Assembly: GCF_036321535.1 (NCBI RefSeq)
Contig: NC_087437.1
Location: forward strand, 114,082,001-114,146,000
Direction of reading: 5' to 3'
DNA: 64,000 bases
DNA from: Camelus dromedarius
Taxonomy: Eukaryota
The position numbers were made by a program, and so were the translations under genes. The stretch's first letter is position 1. Each line of letters opens with the position of its first letter. The notes below the pieces were generated by a model. That model had not been told where the DNA came from and searched no databases. It saw nothing but the letters and a program-made list of their open reading frames with translations. This document shows, piece by piece, positions 1-12,490 of this stretch.

Positions 1-2181
1 ACTAGGATGTGTGAATTTGTGAATCTGTGTCAGTGTGGATGGAAGCGAATGAAAGTGTCGAAAGAGGCGTTACCTGGTTTCAAGTGATTTTTACTTTTTT
101 TCTGTATTTTTTTCAAATTCTGTTTCATTCTTTATCAAATTTTCTGTTTTATACTTTGTCAAATTTTCTATACGTACACGCACATGTATTTTTGGCATCC
201 AGAAACAAATGTTATTAACTATTCATATCTTTATCTTTTTCCCTTGGCTTTTCAAGCACTGCCTGAAAATAAATGTAAAACACTCTTTTAAGCAACTCAT
301 CTCTCAGAAAAAGAGCACCTTTTCCTTCTCTGAGATTAATTATTCTTCATTTGGGTGGAGGGCAAAACAAATTTAGGATGACTGACACAAGCCAAGGGAT
401 GTCCAGGGAAAAATCATATAAGGAAACACATCAGTGCACTTTTAAAACTTGAGTTTAGAAGGGTAGGATGTTCTGTGTTCAAGCCAGGATTCTGGAGTTT
501 GTTGAAGGAAAGCATTATCCTGGGTGGTTCCTTCAAAAACACAGCAATGTCTTTGAGAGAAAGCATCGCAAGCATCACAGTGGGCTGTACGAAACCACAG
601 CCCAAGCATTCGAAGCCACAGGTATGTCCAGAAATGGACAATTCTTTGCCTCTTCACTGATTTCACGAGGGCAGGGCAAGTGGGGATGGGGACGGAGGAC
701 AAGAAGGTGGTGTTTTTATAAGCCACTTATTAATATTGGTTATCAAATCAAATTGATTATTAGAACTTTAGTCTAAAAATATGAAGACCTGAAAGTAAAT
801 CATTACTAGAATCGTTTGCTATATATGTAAAAATCACACTGATTTTAAAATTTGAGGTATTTTTAAATCCTGAAAGGAGAGGCAATTTGTATCTAAGCAT
901 AGTGATCATCTTGGATGTGAAAGTAAATTAACTGGCAAGTGGCCTGGAAGAGGGTCACGTTTTGCGGTCACTCCCTGACACTGAACCATAGACATGTGTT
1001 CTTCTTCTTTCAAGATCTCTGCAGGAAAGAAAGTTTGATCCCAATCAACAAGTTGAAAGTAGCTATGAAAATGCAAGCAAAACTACTAGACTGAATGCAA
1101 TTCGAGGACTTACACGATAATAGATAATCGCTGCATCCGGCATCCTGTCTCTAGTGACAGTTAATGCATGAAAACTCTGTGGGGGTGGGGACCCAAACCA
1201 TACCACTTGCAACAATATAATTCTGATGTGAGAACTGATACGCTTTCCTGACCTCAGTGATGGGCGTGTGTCATTTGTCAAGCATTAGATTTAATTACCC
1301 TTATTTATTTACTGATCCAGGCTTCCTGGTCATGATGGCCCCTTCTCAACCAGCCATTGGAGAAAGTAACTCGAAACCCTGGTAGGAGACGCCTCCTATT
1401 GGACACCACCACCGATGGCTAATGCCCCGCTGTTGCCATTGTGATAAATGGCAGGGGAGCCCTTCCTTTTAAAATGCACCCCCACTGCTTGGCTTCCCCT
1501 GTAAGGGTCAGGAAGAAGGAAGTGGTTGGGGCCACAGTGGGCAGGTGGCACCTGTGGTCCTTATCAGATAGCTAGGGGAGGAGACGCCCCACTGCTCAAG
1601 AGCCTCGGAGGCAGAGAGAAGCGAGGCAGCGATCAGGGGCACCAACATCACACTTCATGCAAATGTTTCTTGTTCCTCTTGAGCACTAGACAATGAGAGC
1701 GGGGCATGTGGCTTGAACCCCCATAGATTGACTTGTAAGTGCTTTTTCCCCCTGAGGACATGAGATGGAGCGGAAGAGGGAAGTGTGTTTGTGTTGGGGG
1801 CAGGGGCTGGGTGGTGAGCCTCCAGGAGCCATTTAAAAAATAATCACTTGTCCCTGGATGTCTGAGTGATTTAGGAACAAGAAGAAAGGCGAAAGGACGA
1901 ACACTCAACCCCAAACCAGACCTGTGCCGGGGACTTCCCCACATGTGGAAGAGAGGCTTCAGGGACACTTTAAATTAAAGAATCAAACCAGGATTCTCAA
2001 ACTGCTTTTCCATCTCTACTTTACCCTGTTGTGTTTTTTTTTTTCTTTCTTAACTATAAAATATACATTTTAATTACACTAAAATTAATAGACAACATTT
2101 CTACTGCTAAAAGTTAAATTAATTATATTTTTAGTTTTAATTATTTTACCTCCAAACACAACAAAATAATTTTTTTTAAAG

Positions 2182-2340
2182 CTTTTTTCTTTTCTTTTTT
2201 TTTTTTTTTTTTTTTTTTTTGGCAGAGGGGGCAGTAATTAGGGTTTGTTTGTTTGTTTGTTTGAACAGAGGTAGTGGAGATTAAGCCCAGACTTCGTGCA
2301 TGCCAGGCACACACTACCACTGAGCTATAGCCACCTCCCC
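2182..2340 (-). mobile_element. tRNA-derived SINE (camelid Vic-1 type)
   Basis: Minus strand reads ggggaggtggctatagctcagtggtag...gtctgggcttaatctccactacctc, with a tRNA-like A box, then a (AAAC)n/poly-A tail. Flanked by direct repeat caacaaaataa (2159-2169 and 2341-2351). Confidence 0.85.
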
Positions 2341-3294
2341 CAACAAAATAACTTCTTAAGTGTCAAGGGACTTTTAAAAGAGATGCTCACGGTTGACCTT
2401 GCAATCGGCCTTTCTGTTGGAGAAATGTCAATAATCTTTGTCTTTAATGAACTTCACAGCTCCCCACATACAATGTCCAACATACAGCAGACACTGAACG
2501 CATGTTTCTAGAATGAATCGCTCAGTGAATGATAACGAAGGACAATGATTAACAAGGTCAAGTGTGGCAGGTACACGGACTCCTGGATACTTCGTGCTAG
2601 TCACTCCTAATGTAAAATTTCCGAGAGACTTTTCACGCAGTTTTTCTGGCTTCCTTGACGTAACTAAATTAGCTGTCCTGGTGCTTTCAATTCTTTCTAT
2701 GAGAAAAGAGAAGAAGAAGAGAAAAAAAATCAAACGGAAGACAGCCACAGGAGTGAACGTACATTGTTGATGGCATTTAGCTGATTGGGGAAGAATGTTT
2801 TTAAGTTCTTAATAAATTATGCTGCATTGTTGATTAAGACAGGATATTTGTGCCTTGTGTCTATCTGCTGCATTTTCGAGATCCTTGGTGTCCTAAGAGG
2901 ACGTCGCATCCTGGGAAGTCAGAGAGGCTGATTGTAGCAGCAGACAGCACACGCCATTAGCGGCAAAGCTCCGGGGCAGTGGCCTTTTCAGCAGCTGGCG
3001 TCATTATAGGATGAAATGATTCCTAATTGCGCTGTTGATTCCTCCCCTCTTTAATGGATCATTCTCCCAGCACGCTCCGAGTTGGGCCACTACCACACAC
3101 AGCCCTGTTGCCAGGGATGCACGTCCAGCTGTGCATTAGAGGCATGCGCTGCATGGCTCTGCGGGTTACTTAGCAGGTAGGGAAACCGGGGAGGGATCCC
3201 CATGCCGTGGGGGGGCCACATGTGAAGTAAGCACATGTGGTCCCTGGGGTGGGCTTCCTTGCACTTCATTCAGCTCTGGCAACACCCCTGTCAT

Positions 3295-3415
3295 TACTAT
3301 TCTACCCATTTTGTAGACAAACAGCTGAAACTCAGAAAAGGTGAAGAAACGTGTTCGGGGTCACACAGCCAGTAAGACATAAAGCCAGGATTTCATCCCA
3401 GGAGAATCCGAATCC
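3295..3415 (-). mobile_element. MIR SINE fragment
   Basis: cccattttgtagacaaacagctgaaactcaga...gtcacacagccagtaag...agccaggatttcatcccagg resembles the reverse complement of the MIR core. Confidence 0.65.
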
Positions 3416-3492
3416 CTTTAAATCAGAACAGGGAGCCAGAAAGCAGGGGAGCCTGCTGTGAGGCCCGCTGGACCCTGTATGCCGGGCCAAGT

Positions 3493-3588
3493 GCCTTGTG
3501 CTCGGTTGAATGCTCTGCATTCACTGACTTGAAATGCTTAATAATTTTTGAATAAGAAGCCTCACATTTTAATTTTTCACAAGGCCCC
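3493..3588 (+). mobile_element. MER91-like hAT fragment, interrupted by the following LTR
   Basis: ggttgaatgctctgc...cttgaaatgcttaataatttttgaa...cattttaatttttcacaaggcccc is similar to the fuller copy at 6013-6190. Confidence 0.55.
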
Positions 3589-3589
3589 A

Positions 3590-3995
3590 GTCATGGACTG
3601 AATGTGAAATGGACTAAAATCCATCTGGTAAAGCCCTAACCCCCAGTGTGGATGTATTTGGAGTAAAGAAGTAACTAAGGTTAAATGAGGTCATAAGACG
3701 GGGGCCCTTTTCCAATAGGATTAGTGTCCTTATGAAAAGAAACACTAGAGAGCTCTCTCAGCCTCTCTCTCTAGCTCTCTCTTTCTGTCTCTCTGTCTCT
3801 CTCTCTTGCTCTGTCTCTCTGTCATATGGAGACATAGCAAGAAGCCCCTGTGTGCAAACCAGGAAGAGAGACTTCACCAGGAACCAGATCAGCCCACACC
3901 TGGAGCTTGACTTCCAGCCTCCCAAACTGTGAGAAATGCATTCTGTTGTTCAGGCCACCCAGGCTAAGGTGCTTTATTATGGCAGTCCTAACTAT
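3590..3995 (+). mobile_element. MaLR solo LTR (MLT1A/MST-like) with internal (CT)n expansion
   Basis: Typical motifs: gccctaacccccagtgtg..gtatttgga, taaggttaaatgaggtcataag, gacttccagcctcccaaactgtgagaaat...tattatggcag. Confidence 0.8.
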
Positions 3996-4980
3996 TAGAG
4001 CCCTTGAAAGTCATACAGCTGATCTTACTAGGATGTGGTTTCAAAGCAGAGCCTCTGTCAGACAGGCTTGGAGGGGATGTCCCCAGATGAGAGACTGTCA
4101 TTTGGCATCCCCAGGAGGCCCAGGAGATCGAGGAAGGCACTCAGGTAGAGGTGGGTGTTCCAGACCCTGGCAGCAGTGTCATAAGAGTGAATGGAGCTAT
4201 ACAGATCTGTCCCCTCCCTGGGAACTTAATCATAATTTGCATGTATGTATTATCTGTCCACCAACAAAATTAGTATCCTTTCTCAAGAGAATGTGTTTTG
4301 TTGCAGACGAAGCTGTTATCTCCTCCAATACCTATGACCGTGCATCGGTATACATTAAATGACATTAAATTACATTAAACATTGTTGAAGTGAGCATTTG
4401 AGTAACTGGAAAGGGACATTTCCCAGGAGTTGTGTTTTTCTGGTTAATTTCTGGCTCAGTTTTAGAAGATGAGGGTGTCAGGTGTCCAAAGCGGGTTATT
4501 AGAAGGATCTAAAAGTAACTTCATGGAGAAAGAGAGGCATAGTAAAATAAAATAAATAAAAGAAAGGCAAAATAAAATACAGCTGACCCATAAAACTAGG
4601 AAACTGTAAGAAAGTCTCTCCACTTCTCAGCAGCCTCATGGCCTTCCTTCTTCTTCTATTTCTCACTGTCACTTGTCTCTTTTCCTCTCTGCCTTCGTTG
4701 TCTGTTCACTGGACTCAATGTAGCAACCAGTCCTGAGTCCACGAGGTGGAATACCCATCACCAGTTGGCTAGAGTCTCTGTATCTGTGTTCAGATTTTTA
4801 AGCATGAAGCTGATTGGTTACTGGCCAGCAAGCTAATTGGCTGGCATTGAGTCAGCTGTCCAATCTTGCCCCAGTCATCTGCGGCAAACATGGTAAGATG
4901 ATAGAGCCGAGCATGGCCGCCTGAACCTACCCCTTCAGAAGGGATTATGGGTAGAAGTCCTTAGAACACAGGTCTGTGAT

Positions 4981-5134
4981 GGGGGGAGGGTATAGCTCAA
5001 GTGGTAGAGCGCATGCTTAGCATGCAGGAGGTCCTGGGTTCAACCCCCAGTACCTCTTCTAAAAATAATAATCATAATCATAATCATAATCATAATCATA
5101 ATCAACCTGGGGGAAGAAAAGAAAAAAGAAAAAA
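4981..5134 (+). mobile_element. tRNA-derived SINE (camelid Vic-1 type), young copy
   Basis: ggggggagggtatagctcaagtggtagagcgcatgcttagcatgcaggaggtcctgggttcaacccccagtacctc has intact A and B boxes. Tail carries (ATAATC)n. Exact TSD acaggtctgtga at 4968-4979 and 5135-5146. Confidence 0.92.
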
Positions 5135-5475
5135 ACAGGTCTGTGAGTAGAGTAGACACTCTGAAATGTACCACAAGGTACAAATGAAGATGAATTTGCT
5201 CGCGTATGGGATAATGTATGTGAACCAAATAGAGCTCACAAAATATATGCAAAATATACAATTAGGATTTGCCAGAAACTGGTCTTAGGAGAGCAGAATG
5301 TACCGGAACACTTGTAATCATGACCCGACCCATCTTGTCTGTCTTTTTACAATTGTGAGTTGCCCTTCCTACATCACCTGCTATCCAAGGTCAACTCTCT
5401 CATCAAAGACTAGAACAAACTGGAAACTGCTTTTTTCCCCAAGGCAGAAATATTGGATCCTGCAGCAACAAGTCT

Positions 5476-5915
5476 TCATTCACCGATCCACTCACCTAAT
5501 TGTTTCTGGAGTTCCTTATTTGGGCCAAGCCTTGTTCTAGGTACCGAGGATGCAGTGGCGAACGAAACAAAATCCCTGCCCACACACAGTTTCCATTCTT
5601 GTCTGGGGAAATCCATCAAGAAACACTAATCACATAGACATCTGGCCAACCAGGGAGAGGGTTAGTAAGACAAATAAAACAGGGTAAGAAGCCACAGATA
5701 GGAAGTGGTCGTTTAGACAGAGTTGTCAGGGAGGTTTTTTGGGTTTTTTTCCCTGAAGAAATGACATTTAATCAGAGACTTATGGTACCAGCGTGTGAAC
5801 CAGGTGAAAATCCAGCGGAATGTGTTTCAGGCAGAGGGAAAAGCAAGAGCAAAGCCCCTAGGCTGGCGTGCTTTACATCCTAAACGTATAGGAAGTCAGT
5901 GCTGAAGAGAAGAAA
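5476..5915 (-). mobile_element. L2 LINE 3' fragment
   Basis: ttcattcac...gttctaggtaccgaggatgcagtggcgaac...aatccctgcc...tgaagaaatgacattt...ttcaggcagagggaaaagcaagagcaaagcccc is the typical antisense L2 3' pattern. Confidence 0.65.
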
Positions 5916-6012
5916 TGGCTGGAAATTACATCATAGTGGTACCCGGACTCCAGCTGGTACCCACACTTGCCCAGTGCCATCTTCCACTTCAGTATCTGGC
6001 TCATATTGTAAT

Positions 6013-6190
6013 GAGAGCCAGGTTCATGGCCGCGACTGCACAGCCACACAGGGTTCAGGGTTCCTCGTTCAGGATGGTCCCCCACTTGGTTTAATGCTAT
6101 GTGGTCACCAACTTGAAATACTTAATTTTTGAGAAAGAGGCCCACCATTTTCATTTTGCTCTGAGTCCTGCAAATTACGTAGCCAGTCGC
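6013..6190 (+). mobile_element. MER91A-like hAT DNA transposon
   Basis: gagccaggttcatggccgcgactgcacagccacacaggg...cttggtttaatgct...cattttcattttgctctgagtcctgcaaattacgtagccagtc follows the MER91A consensus as recalled. Confidence 0.65.
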
Positions 6191-6385
6191 TGTGGTCTGA
6201 ATGTTGGTGTCCCCTCAGCATTCCTGTGTTGAAATCCAAATGCCTAATGTGACGGTACTAGGAGGTGGGGCGTTTGGTGATTAGGTCACGAGGGTGGAAC
6301 CTTAATGAAAGGGAACAGAGCTTTCATAAGAGACCCCATAGAGCTCCCTCCCACTTCTGACAGATGGGGACACAGGAGAAGTCTG
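6191..6385 (+). mobile_element. MLT1A0-like LTR, 5' part
   Basis: tgtggtctgaatgttggtgtcccc...gttgaaatcc...ggaggtggggcgtttgg..attaggtcacgagggtggaacctt. Confidence 0.75.
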
Positions 6386-6918
6386 CCGCGTACAACAGGC
6401 CTGGTTTCATCTGGCCTCCCCCGTCCTTGTGAAATAACAGGCAGGTGCGGGCAAGGGCCCGGTTCCCCAGGAAGAAGACAGACTTCACAAGGGTGAGCCG
6501 AGGTCACAAGGAGCCTGTGTCAGGACACGGCCAAGCAAGCTAATGACTGCCCTGAACAGTAAACACAGCCGCAGTGTCCAGGGAGGGCCGTCCTCAGACT
6601 GAGTCACAGCTCAGACTCCCTGTGTCTGCAAGGCTTCATCCTGCTGGTCAGTAACTGGGGTCACAGGTCAAAAAGGCAGCAAGGAAAACGAGAGGCACGT
6701 AGACTCCCAAAGCCCACCTACCCCAGGCCCTGGTGAGCAAGGTCCGTTTGTAACTAGGAAACAACCGGGAGCTGGATCGCTGAGCTCTGGCTGTAGAGTG
6801 AATTCACGGGGCGGCCCTTCCTTTGCAGGTGAGGCATGGAACAGTGCCACCCGGTCAACGAATCACGCAAGCTGTGGATGCAACCTTATTTGCAACCTGG
6901 AAGTTTTTAGCAGCCACC

Positions 6919-8118
6919 TGTGAGGGGATGAACTGTGTCTCCCCAACATTTATATGGTGAAGCCCTCACCCAAGTAGCTCAGAAGATGACTATATTTGGA
7001 GACAGGGCCTTTAAAGAGGTGACTATGGAAAAATGAGGCTGTTAGGGTGACCCTAGTCCTATCGGACTGGAGTCTGCAGAGATCAGAGCACACAGGGAGA
7101 CACCAAAGATGTGTGAGCCCAGAGGAGACACCATGTGGGCAACACAGTGAGAAGGCCACCGTCTGCAAGCCAGAGAGAGGGGCCTCTGGAAAAATCACAC
7201 CTGGCAGCCCCTTGGTCCTGTGAGAAGACACATTTCTGTTGTTTAAGCCACCTAGCTGGTGGTGGTCTGTCGTGGCAGCCCTGTCAAGGTGCTGCTGTAA
7301 AAAAAAAAAAAAAAAAAATCTAAAAATGTGAAAATGTCTTTAGGACGGGCTAATGGGGAGAGGCTGTAAAAGTTTTGAGGTGTACATGAGAAAAAGTCTA
7401 GATTTCCTTGAAGAAACTGTTCAGGTCATTAAAGGTGCTTCTGCTGAGAACTCAGATGGAAATAAGGAGCGTGTTACCAGATGCTGGAGGAAAAGCAATC
7501 CTGTAGTGAAGTGACAAAGAATTGGGCTGAATCATGTTCTGGGTGGTGAGGAGGGTAGAACTCGCACGTGATGAACTGAGACATTTAGCTTAGGAGATTT
7601 CTAAGCAACATGTGGAAAATGTGGCCCAGTTTCCCGTTGCTGCTTACAGTAAAATGTGAGAGAAGAGAGAAATGGAAGAAGGCATTATGAAGCAAAGAAA
7701 CCCAGCAGAACGTGAAGGTTTGGAAAATTCTCAGCCTATCCCTATTGCAAAATATGCAAAAGCATATTCTGGGGAGACTAGCAAGGATGTGGCTGGGCGA
7801 AAATCTGGTGAAGAGATTACAGGTGTGCGTCACGGATGCCATCAGCCATCTCTGTGGAAACCAGGACGAGAGATGGGATTATACCAGAAGAAATGCTGCA
7901 GACTTGGACCAAAGGGGACGGAGATGGGACAAAATGAAGGGAAGTGAGTGGACTTCCACAATTTTACAGGACGGAACAACGGAGCCATCCAGCAGTGAAC
8001 ATGGGTTATCCTTCAACAAAAGGGAAGAATGACTTCGAAAGTGATTCCGAGATTGTTATGTTGTTGGTATCTTGTTCGTCTGTGGTATTTCGTTAGGACA
8101 GACCTAGCAAACTAATCT
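6919..8118 (+). mobile_element. MaLR provirus remnant: 5' MLT1A-type LTR (~6919-7285), internal region (~7286-8050), tip of 3' LTR (~8078-8118)
   Basis: LTR motifs are followed by MaLR-int motifs (gctgctgta...aaaaatgtg; atttagcttaggagatttctaagcaa; ttggaaaattctcagcctatcc), then an LTR end gtctgtggtatttcgttaggacagacctagcaaactaat. Confidence 0.8.
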
Positions 8119-8512
8119 GCCATATTCAAAAAGGAAAAAGAAACAGTTGAAATTAATTTTTACAACATCTTCTTGACCTAATATGCCCAAAAATATTATC
8201 ATTTTAACATGTAATCAATATAAAAAATGTACAATGTTGTGTCAATTTCTGGTGTACAGCATAGTGTTTCAGTCATACACGTACATCCATATATTCCTTC
8301 TCATATTCTTTTTCATTATAGGTTACTACAAGATAGTGAATATAGTTCCCTGGGCTACACAGTAGAAACTTTTTGCTTATCTATTTTGCAATCAATATAA
8401 AAATTATTGATCAGATATTTCACATTCTTTTGTTGGCACAAAGTCTTCTAAACCGTTACAGCACATCTCAATTTGGACACATCGCATTTCAAGTGTCCAG
8501 TGGCCACAGTGG
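8119..8512 (+). mobile_element. MER33-like hAT-Charlie element (fragmented; outlying pieces at ~6870-6917 and ~8956-8980)
   Basis: aaaaagaaacagttgaaattaatttt...aatattatcattttaacatgtaatcaatataaaaa...ttacagcacatctcaatttggac...catttcaagtg. Confidence 0.7.
8227..8389 (-). mobile_element. L1 3'UTR fragment inserted in MER33
   Basis: Reverse complement of the L1 3'UTR seen at 13150-13310. TSD aatcaatataaaaa at 8213-8226 and 8390-8403. Confidence 0.85.
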
Positions 8513-8955
8513 CATAGACCAAAAATGCCATCTTTCATATCAGTAAATAGGATGTTGTGGCCATCAAGCCAGGAGCCACTGCAGCTGCCCCAACTGTGCA
8601 CCCTAAGGGGATTCAGGATGAGGAAAGCAGGATACTGGCCCTACATAGTGAAGGTGCAGATCAAAGGATTGATTTCAGTGAGCCCAGACTCTAGCATCTT
8701 CCCATACACAGAAAAGCACTAAACTCATTAACCTGATATGGCCGGTTTTTCTTTAATTAACTGTACTCTTTTGATGTTCCGACTACCTGCTTTTTGTTGC
8801 AAAAACTCCTACATATCCTGGTTCCTCCCCTACCTCTTTGGAGCAGTCCTTCAGAGCTATTCTGAGAGGCTGTCTCCCTGCCTTAGGTCCTCAGAAAGTC
8901 TACCAAATAAAACATAATTCTCATCTTTCAGATGGTGCATTTTTTTCAGTCAACA
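8513..8955 (+). mobile_element. ERV1-class solo LTR
   Basis: About 440 bp, AATAAA at 8906-8911, ends ...ttttcagtcaaca. Imperfect 4-bp TSD gtgg/gtga. It interrupts the MER33. Confidence 0.7.
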
Positions 8956-9784
8956 GTGACCACACAGCTGGATACTGCAGCCATAGTCTACACAACAACC
9001 CACCACTCACTGCCTGTTTTGCACAGATTTTTTAGCAATTAACAAATAATTGGTGCCTCTAGTCAGACATCAGTTTTCTGTCTAGACTTCTGCTTGCCCA
9101 CTGAGGGGAGAAACAGTTACTGTAGATGAAGAACTTCTACCCAAATATGGAAACTAGAAAGAAATCAGGAAAACTGTTAAAACCAATGATCCAGCCAAAT
9201 TTTGCATCTTAAAGAATGTGTTCAAGAAGGACCATTGGAGTATAAGACAACAGAAACAGAAGTCCTGTCTGTGTTGAAGCTCCCGCAGTGAGTTCCCCAA
9301 GAATCCACACACTTTCATGGCCCAGATTCCAGCTGTTCCCCCGCAAAAGAAAAACTATTTTCCTCTCTTTCCTGGACTCCTCAAGTCCATCCAATTCCAG
9401 CTCAGATCTGATGTCCTCTGTCCCCAGGCACCCCACCACTCCCAATCTGGTCCCCACAGCACACAGTCTGGGTATGCAGTGCCCTGCTTTTTAACTTCAG
9501 TTTCTGGTTAATACTGAAGACCTTCTCATGTCCTCCAGGCTCAGTCTCTTACCTACTGCTCCAGGATCATCCAGAGCCTCTCACCTTTACTCTCTCCAAG
9601 CTCCAGCCTCGTGGTTTTGTAATCTTGCCACACACACCCCACCCTTCCGCTACTGTGGGTTTCAGCTTAAGTGGCACTTCCTCCAGGAAGCCTTCCTGGT
9701 CCCAGAGGCTTTTGCCACCACCCCACCTAACAAAAGACCAGTTGTATCGACCACCTCCTACCTCTCAAAGTGCTCCTTTTAATT

Positions 9785-10505
9785 AATAACTTTATTTTTC
9801 AGAGCAGCTTTAGGTTTACAGAAAAATTGAGCAAAAGGTACAGATAGTTCCCATAGACATCCTACCCCACCTCGTTTCCCCTACGACTGGCATCTTGCAT
9901 TGGTGTGCTACATCGGTTATAATTAAACAATTCTGATACGTCATTACTAACTAAAGTCCATAGGTTTCCTTCCAGTTGATTCTTTGTCTTGCACTTTTTA
10001 TGGGCTTTGACAAATGCACGACGTCATGCGCCCACCGTGACACTAATGTACAGAATCAGATTCACTGCCCTAAACTCCCCTGTGCTTCATTTCTCACCAT
10101 CCCTCCCTCCCCTCAAACCCCTGGCAACCACTGATCCTTTTACTTTCTTTTTTTTTTTAAGTTTCAGTTTTGCCTTTTCCAGAATGTCATAGAGTTGGAA
10201 TCATACAGTATTAGCCTTTTTAGATCAGTTTCTTTCACTTGGTAATACACATTTAAGATTCTTCCATATTTTTTTGTGGCTTACAGCTCATTTCTTTTTA
10301 TTGCTGAATACTATCCCATTGTATGGATAGAACACAATTTGTTTATTCATTCAGTCACTGAAGGACGTGTTTTCAAGTTTGGGTAACTGAATAAAATGTC
10401 TATGAATAGCTGTGTGGACTTAAATTCTCAGCTCATTTGGGTAAATACCATTTACCCAGAGCGCCACTGCCTGATCACGTGGCTTTGTAAGAAACTGCCA
10501 ACCTG
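9785..10505 (-). mobile_element. Old L1 3' end (L1MC-like)
   Basis: tttaggtttacagaaaaattgagc...ttactaactaaagtccatag...cctggcaaccactgatc...gccttttccagaatgtcatagagttggaatcatacagta. Confidence 0.8.
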
Positions 10506-12490
10506 CAAAACGTTTTTCTGATTGCCATTATCATTTTGCCTCCTTGTTTTGGTATCACGATGTTTGAAAGCTAATCCAACCCAAACTGGTCTTGTTACAG
10601 CCACAAAAATAAAGCTTCAAGGAAGAAGGAGGGGCAGCAGCAGGAGAAAGAAAGAAACCGCTTCGGTGAGCGAGAGCCTGTGAAGAGCCCGCTTGGTAAG
10701 AGGGAGCGTTTCCTGTTTCCTCCCGTGTTGCAGACCACGCGTCGCTGGGCTCATCATCACGAACAGCCACGTCTGCCAGCGCCGCTGGGCAGTCCCAAGT
10801 ACGGACCTTCTGAGTTGCAGACACACCTCTAGATAAATTCCACTCCTCCAGGCACAGTCAGAGGGTTATGTGTCCTGGGCAGCCCTCTGGGACACAAACT
10901 GAAGGAGAGGAAGCAGCGTCCTTCCTCTGCATCTCGGCTGACACACACACACGGACAGGCGAGCAGGAACCTGTGGTCTGCGCATGACCCCAGCACAGGG
11001 AGCCACTGCCAATGTCACAACCCTGAAATTCACCCAAAGCAGCCGCTCCTGCAGCTCCTTCCCTAAAAGGTCTGGGGCTAAACCCAGATGGAGCACGTGG
11101 CATTTTGTGGGTGCGGAGAGCCACGTTGCAGCCAGTTCAGGGGCCACTTGCCCGCTAATCTTACAACCTTCTCTGGCTTCTCCGCCTCCCACCTCCGCCG
11201 TCGGCCGCCAACCTTAAACGGGAATAACATCGAAAACCATGTGAGCCACTCAGACAAAACACAATTTATGATCTTTTAATCACTACCGGGCTAGACAAGC
11301 TTCTTCCAACACAAACATCCCACACATCCTCCGTGTCTTTTATTTTACTCCCACAAATCCACAAGGTCCCTCCACGGAGGAGATATTGCAAAACCTCTGC
11401 AGCAGATAGGATGTAGCTCCCAGCCATTTGCATGTCTTTGTGGGAACTGTTACAAAAATGCTGTTTCATGTCTCAGGAAGGCTTCTTCCAAAGCAGGGGG
11501 GTGACGTTGCACATTTAAGGTGTCAGTTCAAGACCAGTGGCACCGCTTTGCAGGATATGTCCAGACTAGGAACCTAGGAGTCAGGGCTGGGATCTGCAGC
11601 TGACTTCTGCTGAAGCAAAATGCCTATCAATTCAGAGACAAAACTCAGGGACCCCACCTTTGGGGTTTTTTGTTGTTGTTGCTGTTTTTTTTTTGTTTTG
11701 TTTTGTTTTTTTCTCTTACAAAGGAATTGCCCTTAGGGTTCCCCTTAAGCTTCTGATAAACTGAAAAGTTAGGTTTTTTTTTTTTTAGTTTTTCTTTTTT
11801 TTTTTCTTTTTTTAAGTTCAATAGATGTCAAAAGAAGCCTTTCCTTTATATCAGTCAGAGTTAAAATATGCTACTGCCTTTTTTTTTTTTTTTTTTTTTG
11901 GCCTGGAAAAATTCCCCTGAATTGAAAAATAGGCCTCTATTCTTTTTATAAGTCACAACAGGGCTTCTTTGGTGGCAAGACTCTGTCTGCTGCTCTCAGA
12001 CAGAATTTTTGCAACAAGCTCAGCAGCCAGACACAGCCGCACCAAGTGCCAAGTCTTCTCCCAAATTATTATTATTATTATTATTTTTGCCTAGAGCAAG
12101 TGTAGAAGCATAGAGGCTTCAGAAATACTCTGGATTCCACTACAAAGAAAATCATGAATATTGCATCACTGCCTCCTGCTTTTATTTCATCTCAAGCGGT
12201 GGGAGATAGAGGGGCCGTTACCGTGTCCAGCTGTCCTCCTGGCTCCGGAGGCTAAGAACGCAGAGCCGGGGGACCTACAAGACCCACAGCGGTGTGCAGC
12301 ACAGAGCCCTCCACCCGGCAGTCCTTCTCCAGGCTTCAGACACGGGGTCCAGCTCACCACGGACTCTTCTACATCGAGCGGCGCTGCAGAACCCGCTGCG
12401 GAGCTGGCGCAGCACATGTATCCAAGCTTTACACCTTCCTTTCTCTGTTTACCTAAAGCCATGTCATCTTCTAATAGAATGAACAGCCTA

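Noticed and set aside
4981..5056. tRNA-like sequence
   Set aside because: It has an A-rich tail and TSD and occurs in three diverged copies, so it is a SINE head rather than a tRNA gene.
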